Position numbers and translations under genes: made by a program. The notes under the pieces are model-generated. The model did not search any database. It was not told where the DNA came from and saw only the letters and a list, made by a program, of their open reading frames with translations. From contig RQSC01000637.1 of NCBI GenBank assembly GCA_013416795.1, forward strand, positions 1 to 17,250: a DNA stretch of 17,250 nt. The letters are read 5' to 3'. Position 1 is the first letter of the stretch, and the number at the start of each line of letters is the position of its first letter. Positions 15,741-17,250 of the stretch are shown here, piece after piece. The stretch is from Prasinococcaceae sp. CCMP 1430. Lineage: Eukaryota > Plantae > Prasinodermophyta.

Positions 15741-17250
15741 TCAGGGGCTCAGCACCCCCCGAGCGGCGCGCGCGGCGTTCTCCAGCCAGTCGCACGCGGC
15801 CGCGGCCTGGTCGATGGCGTCCTGCGCGCTGGCGGCCACGAGCGCGCTAGGGCTGGGCGCGTGCGGCGGCGGCGCGGCCAGGCCACCGCGCGGCGGCGAC
15901 TGCAGCGTCGAGCGCTCAACGGCCGGCGCACGGGCGGCGTTTGCGGCGTCCGCTCCGAGCGAATCGAAGAGCTCCGCCACCTCCCTCATCGCGCGCAGCG
16001 AGGGCGACGGCGAGTTGGCGAAGCGCGAGGGGCTCGGCGTCGCCTTCGGGCCGACGCCCGCAGCCGGCGCCCTCGCAGACGCCTCCAAGGCCGCCGAGGC
16101 GGCGGCGCGCGCCTCGTCGCGCTCGCGCAGCAGTTCGGCGCGCTCGGCCTCCCAGCGGGCCTCCGCGTCCACGGACTGCCTGAGGTGCGTCTGGTACGAG
16201 CGCAGCATCTCGACCACCTCGCCCGCCTCCGCAGCATCCAGCACCTCGCGCGGCGTGCGCGCAGCGGGGCTGCCGACAGGCGGGGCTGCCGACGAGCGGA
16301 ACGGCGGCGTCTCCGGCACCGGCGCGAGCAGGAGGGCGCGCGGCGGCGACGACGCCACCGCAACGTGCGCCTTGGCTGCCGCGAGCGCCAGAGCGACGCG
16401 CTCGGCCGCCGCCTCCGCCGCGAGCCTGTCCTCCTCTGCTTCCTCCTCCTCCCGAGCTGCCGCCGCCTCGTCCTCGTCGATCGCATCGCCGAGCGCGTCG
16501 CCGGCGTACGCGCGCGCGACGGAGAGCGCCATGGCGTCCTCGTCGGTGTCGATCGCCGCGCTCGCGCGCGCGCCTGCACCAGCCGGCGCGTCGTCGGCCT
16601 CAACCTCGTCGACGAGCGCCGCGAAGTTGTCGCGCATCGCCTCCAGCTGCGCCTGGAGCGCGACGGTGCCCTCCGCGAGCGACACGTTGTCCGCCACTTG
16701 CACCTCGAGCACGCCGCGCGTCTCCGCGGCCTCAGCCTCGAGCGCGGCCACGCGCTGGCGCAGCTCGCTGGCCCCTGCGACCTCGGTGTCCAACGCGTCG
16801 GCGAGGCGGGCGACGGTCGCTTCGAGCTCCGCCACCTCCACCTCGAGGGTCTGCGCCGCCCCGTGCGCCCGCGCGACCTCCGCCGCGTCCCTCCTGGAGA
16901 GCGCCTTCGCGCCCTCGAGGCGCACCGCCTGCTCCCGCGCGAGCGCGTCGGCCTTCGCCGAGCGCCGCTCCAGCTCGGCGCGCACGCGCGCGACCTCGCC
17001 CTCGAGCGCGGCGCGCGCGTGCCGTGCCTCGGTGGCCTCGAAGCGCGAGGCGGACAGCTTTGCGCTTTGCTTGCGCGCCTCGGCAGCGGCGGCCTCCAGT
17101 CTTGCCTCCAGCTCCGCCCTGGTGCTCGCCGCCGCCGCGCTTGCCTCCTCCGCCGCGTCGGAGGCCACCTCGAGCGCGGCGTCGCGCTCGGCGCGCATCA
17201 CGTCGGACGCGCGTTGCGCTGCGGCGCGCGCCTGCCGCGCCGCGGCGGCG
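15741..17250 (-). CDS. C-terminal part of a hypothetical Ala/Glu-rich coiled-coil protein (frame open to the window edge)
   Basis: Long open frame with heptad-like segments (ELEARLEAAAAEARKQ…LEVEVAELEATVARLADAL…EMLRSYQTHLRQSVDAEARWEAERAELLRERDEAR) and Ser/Pro-rich linkers. TGA at 15743-15741. No family recognised. Confidence 0.75.
   Translation of the reverse strand, partial: AAAARQARAAAQRASDVMRAERDAALEVASDAAEEASAAAASTRAELEARLEAAAAEARKQSAKLSASRFEATEARHARAALEGEVARVRAELERRSAKADALAREQAVRLEGAKALSRRDAAEVARAHGAAQTLEVEVAELEATVARLADALDTEVAGASELRQRVAALEAEAAETRGVLEVQVADNVSLAEGTVALQAQLEAMRDNFAALVDEVEADDAPAGAGARASAAIDTDEDAMALSVARAYAGDALGDAIDEDEAAAAREEEEAEEDRLAAEAAAERVALALAAAKAHVAVASSPPRALLLAPVPETPPFRSSAAPPVGSPAARTPREVLDAAEAGEVVEMLRSYQTHLRQSVDAEARWEAERAELLRERDEARAAASAALEASARAPAAGVGPKATPSPSRFANSPSPSLRAMREVAELFDSLGADAANAARAPAVERSTLQSPPRGGLAAPPPHAPSPSALVAASAQDAIDQAAAACDWLENAARAARGVLSP

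Overview
GC-rich, intron-containing eukaryotic DNA, most likely a prasinophyte-grade green alga. This is an inference from plant-like VPS54, SKL2 and RanBPM genes, GT-AG introns with CTGAC branch sites, and a UGUAA-type poly(A) signal. In order, the window holds: the 3' end of a low-complexity ORF (+); the 3' half of an Era GTPase (-); the 5' part of VPS54 (-), joined to Era at a single-N gap; a shikimate kinase-like SKL2 (+); an intronless FAD-oxidoreductase/selenophosphate synthetase (SelD) fusion (-); a small orphan ORF (+); the last exon of a Prx5-type peroxiredoxin (-); a possible transposon relic between two gaps; a RanBPM-like SPRY-LisH-CTLH-CRA gene (+); a COG0523/CobW GTPase with a 149-aa His-rich insert (-); and the 3' part of a coiled-coil gene (-). 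The main observation is a type II SECIS-like hairpin in the peroxiredoxin 3' UTR, about 1 kb from the selenophosphate synthetase start. This suggests a selenoprotein gene next to its selenium-donor enzyme. The predicted UGA-Sec codon is not visible and probably lies in the gap at 8017-8465, so it is unconfirmed. All homology calls are from motif recognition; no searches were run.
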